Assembly: GCA_964468245.1 (NCBI GenBank)
Contig: CAYXTU010000001.1
Location: forward strand, 1-41,190
DNA: 41,190 nt
From: an uncultured Candidatus Peribacteria bacterium
GTDB lineage: Bacteria > Patescibacteriota > Gracilibacteria > Absconditabacterales > Absconditicoccaceae
Direction: 5' to 3'
This document shows, in pieces, positions 20,801-32,100 of this stretch (positions are counted from its first letter, which is position 1; the number at the start of each line of letters is the position of its first letter). The position numbers were made by a program, and so were the translations under genes. The notes under the pieces were generated by a model. The model saw only the letters and a list, made by a program, of their open reading frames with translations. It was not told the origin of the DNA and did no database searches.

Positions 20801-21951
20801 GTGGTTCGCGCTAATGCACTTACTTTTGCGTTTGGATCTGTATGTTCATATATCTTCTTTTGGTAGAGATAGAGATCATAAAATTGACTCATAATCTCCA
20901 TATCATCATCGACGATGGTATTTTCTATTTTCACAGCAAATCCCAATGCATTGTCTGATGGTATGATTTCTGCTCGTACCATTTGTGGTAATTTTTCTGG
21001 CTCCATGAGTTTTGGTTCTCCTTCTATCTCTATTTCAAACATATTGAGATTAAATAATCCTCCACGTAATATTTGTTTTACGCTTCCTAATGCTTTTATT
21101 GTTTTTACTTCAACTCCCAATTCTTCTGAAATTTCTTTTTTGACTGTTCATTCAAGCGTGTCTCCTTTTTCTACCTTGCCTCCTGGACAAAGATATTTTT
21201 GAGCTTTGACACTATAATTCATAAAAATCCTTCCATCACGTTTTATGATGCAATCTACGATTTCTACGAATCCGTCTGGAGTCATTTCGTATTGATCGAA
21301 ATTGAAGTTCCATTGATTGTTTATTCTATCTCGAAGAAGTGGAAACTTTATCGTAATCGCTGGATCTTGTCTGTCTTTGTATCCATCGTTGACCTCTGCA
21401 TTGGAAAGTGATGTTGCGCAGCTTGGACACATCCACTGAATATTAAATCACTTGTAGACTAAGTTCTGATTGTACATATTTTGAATTATTCGTATTACAG
21501 ATTCCATAAAATCTAGGTTCATCGTATAATATGCATGATCCATATCTGCCCATCTTCCAATTCGATCTCCGAATGTTCTTCGTTCATCACTAGTATTACT
21601 TACATATTTTCTACATTCTTCTACGAAATTTTCTATACCGATTTTGTTTTCTATATCTTTTTTACCATCGATTCAGAGTTTTTGCTCTACGGCTTTTTCT
21701 ACCGGCAAACCGTGACAATCTCGTCATCGGTCTCTATTTACCTTGTATCATTTCATTGTTTTGTATCTGAGGATAGTATCTTTCATCGATCCAACTAATC
21801 CATGTCCAAAATGAGGTGTCCCTGAAGCAAATGGAGGACCGTCATAGGTGACAGATTGAAATTTTTCTGAACGTTGTTCGAGGGATTTCTCGAAAATTTT
21901 ATTTTCCTTCCAATATGCGTTGAGATCTTGGATGAATTCTTTTTGAGACAT
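17815..21951 (-). CDS. ileS: isoleucyl-tRNA synthetase with three in-frame domain insertions (1378 aa)
   Basis: Eight track ORFs (21748..21951 through 17998..18417) are all in the same frame. Every gap was translated and contains only TGA (about 17 in total). Motifs: GTPHFGHGL (HIGH), RTTTPWTLPSN, YPHCRRCDTPL, DCRFESGSMPF, GLDQTRGRF, KMSKKLKNYPDP. True stop is TAA 17817..17815. Confidence 0.9.
18310..18738 (-). other. second, SixA-like histidine-phosphatase domain inserted in the IleRS anticodon-binding region (~140 aa)
   Basis: Lies between …FFETYANVDKW and IDNELDKRILAEL…. TLYFMRHAKANGQ, …LAEEGIQAM…, YASPALRTVQTAE, MLIISHDVN. Confidence 0.6.
19279..19956 (-). other. histidine-phosphatase (PGM/cofactor-dependent mutase fold) domain inserted in IleRS (~225 aa)
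   Basis: Lies between …PIWENTKKPEDIIVAGTLEEIYQ… and MDLHKPYVDTYRF…. NVIIRHGETVYNE (RHG catalytic His), …LNKNGLKQAKIVSKYL…, …IIITPLERSLQT…, and a second His in TIVTITHKDSVILI. Confidence 0.65.
20845..21336 (-). other. Nudix-like domain inserted in the IleRS editing-domain entry (~160 aa)
   Basis: Lies between …DPAITIKFPLL and …ARTTTPWTLPSN. PGGKVEKGDTLE-G-TVKKEISEELGVEV aligns position for position with the MutT Nudix box GGKIEMGETPEQAVVRELQEEVGI, with E to D and R to K substitutions. Confidence 0.65.
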
Positions 21952-22190
21952 GATAAAACGACTAAACGATAAAAGCTCACTATGTTCGCGATAAAATGAT
22001 AAATGCTGCGCGATAAATGCTCACTATGTTCGCGATAAAATGATAAATGCTGCGCGATAAAATGATAAATGCTGCGCGATAAAATGATAAATACCCTTTG
22101 GGCGATAAAATGATGTTTTTTATCGATTTATCTTTTTATCATCCGCGAAAGCGGATTTTTATCATTTGGGTTTCGTAGTTGAATAGTGAA
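21952..22190. repeat. array of ~22-bp tandem repeats (GATAAAATGATAAATGCTGCGC and variants) plus inverted copies, abutting the ileS start codon
   Basis: About 7 head-to-tail units from 21952 to about 22110 (three of them identical). These are followed by ttatcgatttatctttttatcatccgcgaaagcggatttttatcatt, which contains reverse-oriented units and an atccgc-gaaa-gcggat hairpin. Confidence 0.85.
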
Positions 22191-22324
22191 TATAGTAAAT
22201 CAGGCTGTGCTTTCAAGTCGAAGGATGTTATTTTTTTGAAAATCCTGTTGTATTTTTTGTCTATTTGGTTAGATAATGGTTATTAATAAAAATAAAATTA
22301 ACTTTACCTAAAACATCAAAATTT

Positions 22325-23233
22325 ATGAAAAACAAACACATTGATGAGCAATATGGTGATCTCGTAAGAGAAATTCTTGCTGCTCCCAAAAAAGAAAACA
22401 GGACAGGAAGTCCTACCTATGCTATTGCATGCTGGGATATTAGGCACGATATGGCTGATGGGTTCCCTTTATTAACAACAAAAAAAATGGGAATGAAAAC
22501 CATCGCTGCAGAGCTTGAATGTTTTATCAAAGGACTTCACACCAAAAAAGACTTTCATGAAAGAAATTGTCATATTTGGGATGAATGGTGTAATCCACAA
22601 AAAGTCCCCTATGGTAATGATGAGGAAACAAAAAAGAAAATGATGGAAGAAGATGAACTTGGACGTATTTATGGTGTACAATGGAGAGATTGGAAAAAAT
22701 ATGTAAAAGATGATGCAAGTGGTTTGTATAAACAGGAATCGATAGATCAACTTAAAAAAGCTATCGACATTTTGAAAAATGATCCATTCGGATCTCCTGG
22801 CAGAAGAAACATCGTAAGTGCTTGGAATCCAGCTGAACTTGATCAAATGGCTTTACCACCTTGCCATTTCGTTTTTCAATTAATCGTTACTTTAAATCAT
22901 CAAGGACAAAAAGTTCTTAATCTAAAATGGGATCAAAGATCTGTTGATACTATGCTCGGCTTGCCGTATAATATTCCAAGTTATGCGTTATTGCTTTTGC
23001 TTATAGCTAAAGAAGTGGATATGATTCCTGGTATCCTTATGGGTACTCTTGGTGATGTTCATATCTATGAAAATCATACTGCTAATGCGAAAGATCAAAT
23101 CTCTCGTGAACCGTACAAACTTCCTACCCTTGAAATTACTAATTTTACTTCAATCTGGGATTGGAAATACACTGATTTTGAACTTATTGGATATGAATCA
23201 CATCCGAAGGTTGAATACGAAATTGCTGTTTAG
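22325..23233 (+). CDS. thyA: thymidylate synthase ThyA (302 aa)
   Basis: Single uninterrupted ORF. Motifs: RTGSPTY…, GFPLLTTKK, IYGVQWR, NIVSAWNP…LPPCHFVFQL (catalytic Cys), DQRSVDTMLGLPYNI, GDVHIYENH. Contains no TGA codon. Confidence 0.95.
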   Translation: MKNKHIDEQYGDLVREILAAPKKENRTGSPTYAIACWDIRHDMADGFPLLTTKKMGMKTIAAELECFIKGLHTKKDFHERNCHIWDEWCNPQKVPYGNDEETKKKMMEEDELGRIYGVQWRDWKKYVKDDASGLYKQESIDQLKKAIDILKNDPFGSPGRRNIVSAWNPAELDQMALPPCHFVFQLIVTLNHQGQKVLNLKWDQRSVDTMLGLPYNIPSYALLLLLIAKEVDMIPGILMGTLGDVHIYENHTANAKDQISREPYKLPTLEITNFTSIWDWKYTDFELIGYESHPKVEYEIAV

Positions 23234-23350
23234 CATAAAGCTCAAAGCTAAAAACAAATAATAAATCTCTGAGTTGTTTAACTTGGGGATTTTTTTAAAT
23301 TGCATTTTCTTGCTAAAAAGCTAGATATACGTTATGTTACAGATTTAAGA

Positions 23351-23415
23351 GTTACAGGTTAAAAAGTTGCAGGTTTTGAAAGTTGTACGTTAACCTTCAA
23401 AACTTTTTAACCTTT
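23351..23415. terminator. long AT-rich inverted repeat between thyA and ackA
   Basis: aggttaaaaagtt (23356-23368) pairs perfectly with aactttttaacct (23401-23413). It is embedded in a 130-bp tract of related words (gttacag/gttaaaa/ttttaac). Terminator function is inferred only. Confidence 0.4.
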
Positions 23416-23470
23416 TAACGTTCTAAACCTTTTACCATTCAAAACATTTTAACGTTTTAAACTTATTCTT

Positions 23471-24625
<1,155 letters not shown>

Positions 24626-24904
24626 TGAAAAGTGAAAAATGCAATATTTAATCCAACTAAAATGCTTAATGCTTAATGTTGAATGCTTAATGAAAGACTT
24701 GTCTACTTATAAACTATCGTAATATTACAATAGTTCATACAATACAAAATCCTACATTCAAAATTCAAAATTCAACATTCAAAATTATTTTTTTGTCTTG
24801 GTATGGACTATAGCTATTTAGTTGGTTTCCGTACTTGAAATGTGGAGTAGATTTAGTATAAGCTTGATGCATATTTGTCTTTTAATTTTTTATTATATAT
24901 CGTT

Positions 24905-25510
24905 ATGGAACACACACAACAGCCACAAAAAAAACACTTTAGTGAAGAAGAAGCACTTGATAAGATGGAAGGTAAAATAGATGCTCTTATGGAAAAAGTT
25001 GTAAAAAAATCGTTTATACATAGATTTATCCAGTGGTTTTTTGGTAATGCTTTTGTCAAAAAGGTACTTAATCACTCATGGGTAAATGAAACGGAACATA
25101 AGCTTCAGCCGTATCTCAAAACTATTTTTATGGTTGTTGGGTGGATATCTATTATTACGGGAATCGTGGGGATTTTTTCTTTTTTGGTCGCATTGACTAG
25201 TGTCGGGTTTATGTTTACTATGGGTATTGGACTATGATTTCGTGTATTAATTGCTGTATTGTTGGCGATTGTTTTTGCGTTGATTTCTCTCTTTATGGGT
25301 ATAGGTATGCTTAGATACAAAAAACGAGTTCCTTCGTTTGCTATCTTGTGATTTGCTGTATCTGCTGTATCGTTTCTCATTGGTCTTATCCCTGTATGAT
25401 TGTATTCATTTAGTTCGTATGGTAGTTTTTGATCATGAATATTTAATCTCTTGGTAACTGCAGTATTGCTCGTTCTTATCATTAAAAATGAACGTTTGTT
25501 TACTAAATAA
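24905..25510 (+). CDS. polytopic membrane protein (201 aa)
   Basis: Starts ATG 24905 (MEHTQQPQKK…). Four hydrophobic segments after residue 70. Rejoined across 4 TGA; stop TAA 25508-25510. Confidence 0.5.
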
Positions 25511-25549
25511 CTAGTAGACGCTTAGATAAAAATATTTATTTTTTAAAAT

Positions 25550-26209
25550 ATGTATATGAAAAAATATTTATTGGCTGTTGTACTGTTCTCTGTTGTTTTG
25601 GTGTGATGTGCAAAGATGAGTTTGCAAGATATAGATGTTGCAGCAATTGGTGATTTGACTACTTTGCAGGTAGTGGTTACTCAAGTGACTGAGGAACTTA
25701 ATGCAGGGACTGTTGCTCTTGAAGATGCTCAGCAACTTGTAGATCAGCTTCAGCAAAAATATGTTGACCTTACAGACAATGATGAAGTTGCTTTGGAAAA
25801 TCAGTTTGAGTATTTAGATACTCTCTTGGGTACCTCTTTTACTTTGCCACTTTGGGCAAAAAAAATGGGGATGACCTATCCTAAAGGTATGCAGTTGGAT
25901 AAGGCGCTCTCTACATGAAATACATCGTCTACTATTTTGGTATATCGTGGTACATATGATATAGCACTTCAACAAGCTGCAATTATTGCAAAAAAAGCTA
26001 AACTCTCTATAAGCAAAGATTTCGCTCAGGCACAAGCATTGGCCAAGATTGGTAATGTGGAGTATATTTCTTGACTTGATATAGGTGGATTAATTAAGTG
26101 AGTTATTTATGTAAACCATGAATTACTTGATGTCTCTGCCAAAAACTTCTTGTCGGTAGGTGTTGATCAAAATGGTGTATTGACTATAGAAACAACAAAA
26201 TATAACTAA
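25550..26209 (+). CDS. lipoprotein (219 aa)
   Basis: Signal peptide MYMKKYLLAVVLFSVVLV-G-C, with the lipobox Gly encoded by TGA 25604-25606. Rejoined across TGA; stop TAA 26207-26209. Confidence 0.6.
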
Positions 26210-26266
26210 CAGTTAATAACTAACAACTAACAATGTTGGTATCCTTTTTATATAATTAGTAGTGTC

Positions 26267-27370
26267 GTGATGAAGGTGAAATATGTAGTAGGGATGTTTG
26301 TCGCGTTTGTGGCGATGATGAGTGTGAGTATGGCTCAGGAATATATTTTGTTTTATGGAAATGGATGTCCGCATTGTGCAAATGTAGAGAAATATATCAA
26401 AGATAATAATCTTAGCAAAACATTTGATCTTGAGCAAAAAGAGGTTTTTTTCAACAAAAAAAATCTGAATGAATTCAATGGATATCTCGAGAAACACAGT
26501 TTGACGTATGACAAAATCGGCGTTCCCTTTCTTGTCATTACCAGCGGTGATGATTGTAATTATATCAACGGTGACAAAAATATTGTAAATTATTTTTCTG
26601 GTAAATTGGCGCAAATTACTGCTGCTGCCTGTGAAGATACGGCGTTAACATGAACGACACAAGTTGTAGAAAAGAGTCTGAAACAAAGACTTTCGTTTTT
26701 TCTTATTATGCTCCCAGCTGCAATTTCTGATAGTATAAATCCTTGTGCATTCGCTGTAATGTTGCTTCTGCTTACTACAATACTTAGTAGGCACAAGAGT
26801 AGAAAAAAAACATTGTTAGCATGAGCATTATTTTCTCTCGCAGTATTTCTCAGTTATTTGGCTATGGGTATCTGACTATTTTCAGCGCTAGCTACGGCAT
26901 CAAATACCTTTGTATTGAAACTTGTTGTGTGAATTTTGTGACTACTTGTCTGACTTGCCAACCTCAAAGATTTCTTCCGATATGGAAAATGATTCGTAAT
27001 GGAAGTGCCGTTTAGTCGAAGACCAAAGATGCAACAAATCATAGATAGAGTCTCGTCTCCATGGTGAGCGTTTGTTGTCGGTATCATTGTCAGCTTATTC
27101 CTGCTTCCGTGTTCGTCTGGTCCATATTTCACTATCTTATGATATCTCAGCTCGCAGACAAAAGATATTACTACGCGATGATATCTCTACCTTATTATCT
27201 ATAATCTGATCTTTGTTTTGCCTATGTTTGCTATTTCTATTCTCGTAGGATTTGGCTATGCAAGTGTCGACAAACTCGCGAAGATAAAACATCAAAATAC
27301 CAAACTGATTCATTTGATTGTAGGACTTCTTATGTTAGGACTTTGAATTTACGTATTGGCTACTATATAA
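26267..27370 (+). CDS. thioredoxin/glutaredoxin-like domain fused to a CcdA/DsbD-type thiol-disulfide transporter
   Basis: N-terminal signal plus YILFYGNGCPHCANVEKY (CxxC). Then TM core with AISDSINPCAFAVMLLLL and LFLLPCSSGPYFT, the two conserved membrane cysteines of DsbD-like proteins. About 10 in-frame TGA; stop TAA 27368-27370. Confidence 0.7.
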
Positions 27371-27468
27371 TAGGACAAATATTGACAAATAGCCCTGCTT
27401 TAGCAGGGCTGACAAAAATAGCTGTACTTTAGTATAGAACTCGGTGGTGGAAGCTGCTGAGTTTTTTT

Positions 27469-27497
27469 GTAAAAAAAAACTCCACGAAGGTGGAGTT
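27469..27497 (-). terminator. rho-independent terminator of gatB
   Basis: Minus strand reads ctccac-cttc-gtggag followed by a 10-nt T-run, 12 nt after the gatB stop codon. Confidence 0.75.
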
Positions 27498-27507
27498 GGA
27501 TTGTTTT

Positions 27508-28995
27508 TTATCCCAACAACTTTTCAAAAATTTCTTGTGCGGTTTTTGGATTGGTCTTACCTCATGTTTTCTTCATTAATTGTCCGATAAAGAATCAGAT
27601 TGTTGTAGTTTTTCCGTCTTTGTACTGTTGGACTATTGTAGGATTTTCTTTGAGGATTTGCTTCGCGATAAGCTCTATTTCGTTGCTATCGATAGCTGGT
27701 GCATCGAATCATTTTTCTTTGATAATTTCTGATGGATTTTTTCCTGTAGACAGCATCTCTTGCATGACTACTTTGAGTTGATTTTCTATAAGATTTCCTG
27801 CTTGAGCATTGGTTAAAAATTCAATGAATGTGTCTTGATTGAAGGGGAGTTCGTTGATGGTTTTGAAGTGTTCATTGAGTCGCGCTGCTATAGGTCAAGA
27901 GATTCGTTTGGCTATGAGCTTAGTATCAAATCCTCCTTCGTTTCCTTTTAAATCCTCCGTCCCTGTCGGGACACATCCTTTAGCAAAGGAGGACAAAACT
28001 GTCATAAAGTAATTAAGTATGTCTTTATCGCTAATTAAAGCGTTGATGTATTCTTTGTTGAAGCCGTAATCTTGGCTAAATTGTTTGATGATTTCGTGAG
28101 GGATAATTATGGTTTGTTCGTCTAATCGTTTAAATGTTTCATCAGTCAAATGTAATGGAGGAAGATCGGGTTCTGGAAAATATCTGTAGTCGAGGGCATC
28201 CTCTTTGGATCTCATCAGATAAGATTCTCCTTTGGTGTCATCTCGTCCTCTGGTTTGTTGTTCAAACGTTTCACCTGCTGCATATAATGCTTCTTGTCTG
28301 GCTTTTTCGTGTTCAATCGCTCTTTTGATCATACCAAATGAATTGATGTTTTTGATTTCTGCTCTTGTGCCGTAAGGATCGTTTTCTGAGTTTCTGAGTG
28401 AGATGTTTACGTCGACTCTCATCTGTCCTTTTTCTAAATCTGCGTCTGCTATGTCGTTGAATCTAACTATTCTTTGGAGTTCTTTCAAAAATTCTACTAC
28501 TTCTTCTACGCTTCTAAAGTCTGGTAGTGTCACTATTTCTACGAGTGGTGTTCCTGCACGATTGAAGTCGAGAAGTGCTTCTCCTCAGGCGTGAATCATC
28601 TTGCCCGTATCGCATTCCATGTGTGCATCTTGGATGTGGACTGTTTTTTCTGTTGTATAATTATCAAGAAAAAAATTTACTTTTCCTTCCGTATTTGTCG
28701 GATGATAGAGCTGAGTAATCTGGTATCCCATAGGCAAATCTGGGTAGAAATATGATTTTCTATCGAAGCTAGAGATCTCATTTATTTTACAGTTCAATGC
28801 TTTTCCGAGTAATAATGCTTTGTCCAAAACTTCCTGACTCAAGGTCGGAAGCGCTCCTGGTTGTCCTGTACAGACGGGACAAATATGTGTGTTTGGCAAA
28901 AGTGCATCGAAATTTTGTTCATTTGGACACTGGCAAAACATCTTATTTACTGATTTTAGTTTTATATGAATCTCGAGACCGATGGTGAGTAACAT
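27508..28995 (-). CDS. gatB: Asp/Glu-tRNA amidotransferase subunit B (495 aa)
   Basis: Motifs: MLLTIGLEIHIKL, KMFCQCPN, ICPVCTGQPGALP, SFDRKSYFYPDLPMGYQITQ, LDFNRAGTPLVEIV, MRVDVNISL, EIKNINSF. C-terminal YqeY-like part reads …GFFIGQLMKKT-G-GK.NP. All pieces share one frame and are joined by TGA; stop TAA 27510..27508. Start at ATG 28995 is uncertain (alternative TTG 29010). Confidence 0.9.
27927..27993. repeat. GC-rich palindromic element translated inside gatB
   Basis: caaatcctccttcgtttcc…aaaggagga: 8-bp terminal inverted repeat tcctcctt/aaggagga, with first 19 nt 18/19 identical to 39728-39746. Encodes …FAKGCVPTGTEDLKGNEGGFD… in gatB (antisense orientation of the element). Confidence 0.65.
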
Positions 28996-29132
28996 GACTT
29001 TTATAAACAATTAAATACAGAATTAAGCAGAAAGTTTCAAGCATAAAGCATAAAGCTGTTTCTTAGACTATATTGCAGCTTTGAGCTTTTGGCTTTAAGC
29101 TTCTTATAGTTATTTGGCTTTTGTTTTCAATA

Positions 29133-32100
29133 CTATGGGTTGAGGAGTGTTTTGAGGAGAGGATTAATAATGTTTCTTGTTGTTGGTCCAAGATATCCTG
29201 CTCAGGTGTCGTCTTTGTCTGTTATAATGCTGTTGTTGAGTTGAAATTGGAAGAGTGCAGCTATCGTTGCGGAGGTGTTTATGCCGTTGATTGTTCCGGT
29301 AAAATATTTTTGTGATTTGAGAAAGTACTGGAGATATTTTACTCCAATGTCGCTATCTCCCGCTGTGTATCCTGCACTGAATTGATAATTTTTATTTAGG
29401 TTTTGTAAGAATTGTATTTCTGCGCTTGTTGTTTGTGTCGTTGTGCTTGTTGTTTTTTTTGCTGGTACAAATACTTTTGTTCCTCGAAGAGAGGTGAAAT
29501 TGAGATAAGAACTTTTTGTTATAGCTTTGTCGGATCTCATCATCATAAGCATTACATATCCTCTAAGTTCTCGATTGAATGGTTTGTCTTTTTTGGTAAT
29601 GATTTGTTTTTCAAATAGTGCATCCAAATGTTTTTGGTATCGATTTTGTCCTCCGTTGTAGGTGTCTCCTCGTAATGCTCTAGAAAGTGTTGTCCCAAAT
29701 ATTGCTCTATTTACTTGTCCGTTGGGATTAAATTTGTCTGCTGGTGTTCCATTGGTTTTGAGTCCCATAAGTCCAAGCTGACATGCTTTGATTGCATAGG
29801 ATTGAAATTCTTGTGTTTCATTTTGCATATCCGAAAATACACATTTTCTTGTGGTATTTGGTGTCTGTCCCAAAATATTTATTGCGTATTCTGACATCAT
29901 TTTGGATAGGTGAGATCTGATTAATATTCCTGTCATATTTGCATAATTGATGTCAGTAACAGTAGTTATTTTAGCATTGTATCCATAGAAATATGCGTCA
30001 GTGAGTTCTTTGTTGAACGGTGATGAAAATGTTTTTCGTGTTCCTGTGTTGGTCGCTATTATGGTTCCTGTAGCAATTATTCCTGTACTTGCTTCTATTT
30101 TTGTCGGATCTTTGCAGAGTCCATCATTAGGATTTCATGAATAATCACCATCTACACATACATCAGTTCCACATGATTTTGCTAGGTTTCCTCATTGACA
30201 AGAGACACCAGATTTTTTTGCATATAGACCATTTGTACATACTAATTGACTATCTGTACAGGTAGAAATCATACTTCATCCTCCTCAACCTCCTCAACCT
30301 CCACCACCTGATGGTGCAGAATAATTTATGGTAAAGCTTGGGATGGTTAGTCGTGATGAGCTATTTCCTGCGACGTCAGTAACTTGGACTTTGCAGGTAG
30401 AATAGGTCGCATTTGCTAAGGTGAAGGTCGTTGTGTTTCTTCACGAAATAGCAGTTGTTAGTGATCCATTTCCACAAGATCATGAATAGCTTACCGTTCC
30501 TGCTTCGTCTCCCGTAAAACTAAACGTCGCTGTACTATTTGAAACGCTTGGTGCAGATCATGTAAGTATTGGTGCTGTGGTATCTCGTATAAATTGCATT
30601 GTCCCTGTTGTTGTGTTGTTGGCATTGTCTTTGACGAGTACTTGTACTATATATGTTCATTCTGTGCTAGCGCTTGCTGTGGGATCTTGTAGGGTTGCTG
30701 TGGTAAATGTTATAGTTCCTGGTCCAGATACTTTGGATCGTGTGTATCACGAAATCCCTGAAACATCTCCATTTACGGTGATGTCTATTCCTGTTGTAGC
30801 ATTTACTCTTTTGTCTGCTGGCATAGTAACTATTGGCGCTGTCTTATCTATTTTGTACATTTGTACTCATGTTTTTACATTACCTGCTTTGTCTTGTACG
30901 CAAGCGTATATGTATCACGTTCCATCAGCTGTCAATACTGGGACTGTTGTCGATCATCCGTTGCAATATTCATCAAATTGAACATCGGTTCTATAGAGTA
31001 CTCCCGTAGATCGAATGCCGGCAAGCGTGTCTCATGATGTTGTGGTTCCTGTGGCATTATAATTTCTTCGATTGGTATTTGTATCGGTAAAAGTGATTGT
31101 CGGTTTGGTTGAATCAACGATAAAGTCTGTTGTTTGTACATATGGACTTGTCAATCATCACTTGTCTTGGTATTTTATACCAAGTCTTATAGTGCTTGAA
31201 TTTGTACTTGTGCTTGGTGTTCGTAAATAAGAAAAGGCTCCATCTCCTAATGTTGCGATAGTAGTAAAACTTCCTCATGTAGATCGTTCTAATATTTTCG
31301 CAGAAAGATTATTATCTCATCATCATGTTCGTGTAACCCAATATCCACTTCATCATTTTAAAAATTCTCATCATGTAGGATAAATAAATGTTGGACTTGT
31401 TGGTGGTGTGCTATCTATTTTAAATTGGTTTCCTGTAAATATTGCTGTATTGCCTGCAAGATCAGTTGCAATTATTCTGATTTGTGCTGATGAGGTGTCT
31501 ATGGAATTTACTGTTCGTGATAAGTTTCAGTTGTTGTTTGTTCATGTTGTTATGATCGAGGTATATGATCATCCCAAAAATCCGTTATTGGAAAATTCTA
31601 TCCTGATGGGTGTCAGTCAAAAATTTATTTCTGTTCATGTGTTTCGTGTAATGTTGTATGTGTTTGCTGTTTGCCAATAATTTGTGATTGTTGGACTCGT
31701 GATGCTTATTCCAGCTGGTGCGGTCTTGTCGATAATAAATATTGCTCCTGTAGAGTTTCCAGCTTTGTCAGTCACGATAAATGTTTTTATTCCGTCTGTA
31801 CTTATTGGCGTTCATGATGTATATGCTGTACCATTTATTGTCGCTCCAGAAATATTGGTATCATTAAAGGTAATTGTTTGATTGCTATTGTAGTAGATTC
31901 ATGAAAGTACGCCTGTTCGTGTTGGCATAGTTTTGTCTATGGTGAAGGTAGCTCATGTAGTGTTACCTGCAAGATCGGTTATGATACATATATATGTTCC
32001 TTCTGTAGAAAATATTGTCCCACTACTAAATGGACTTCCGTTTATTGTTGCTCATGATATATTCGTATCGGTAAATGTTATAGTGATGTTTCATGATATA

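Noticed and set aside
21952-22110. The regular 22-bp repeats could be taken for a CRISPR array.
   Set aside because: The units are directly adjacent with no spacers, they are AT-rich and non-palindromic, no cas genes are nearby, and the same unit is dispersed at other gene starts.
21952-22110. GATAAAATGATAAAT resembles the Fur-box hexamer pattern GATAATGATAAT.
   Set aside because: The units are direct rather than inverted repeats, the spacing is wrong for the 7-1-7 or 19-bp Fur palindrome, and the neighbouring genes (aaRS genes) are not iron-related. At most this is a superficial AT-rich resemblance.
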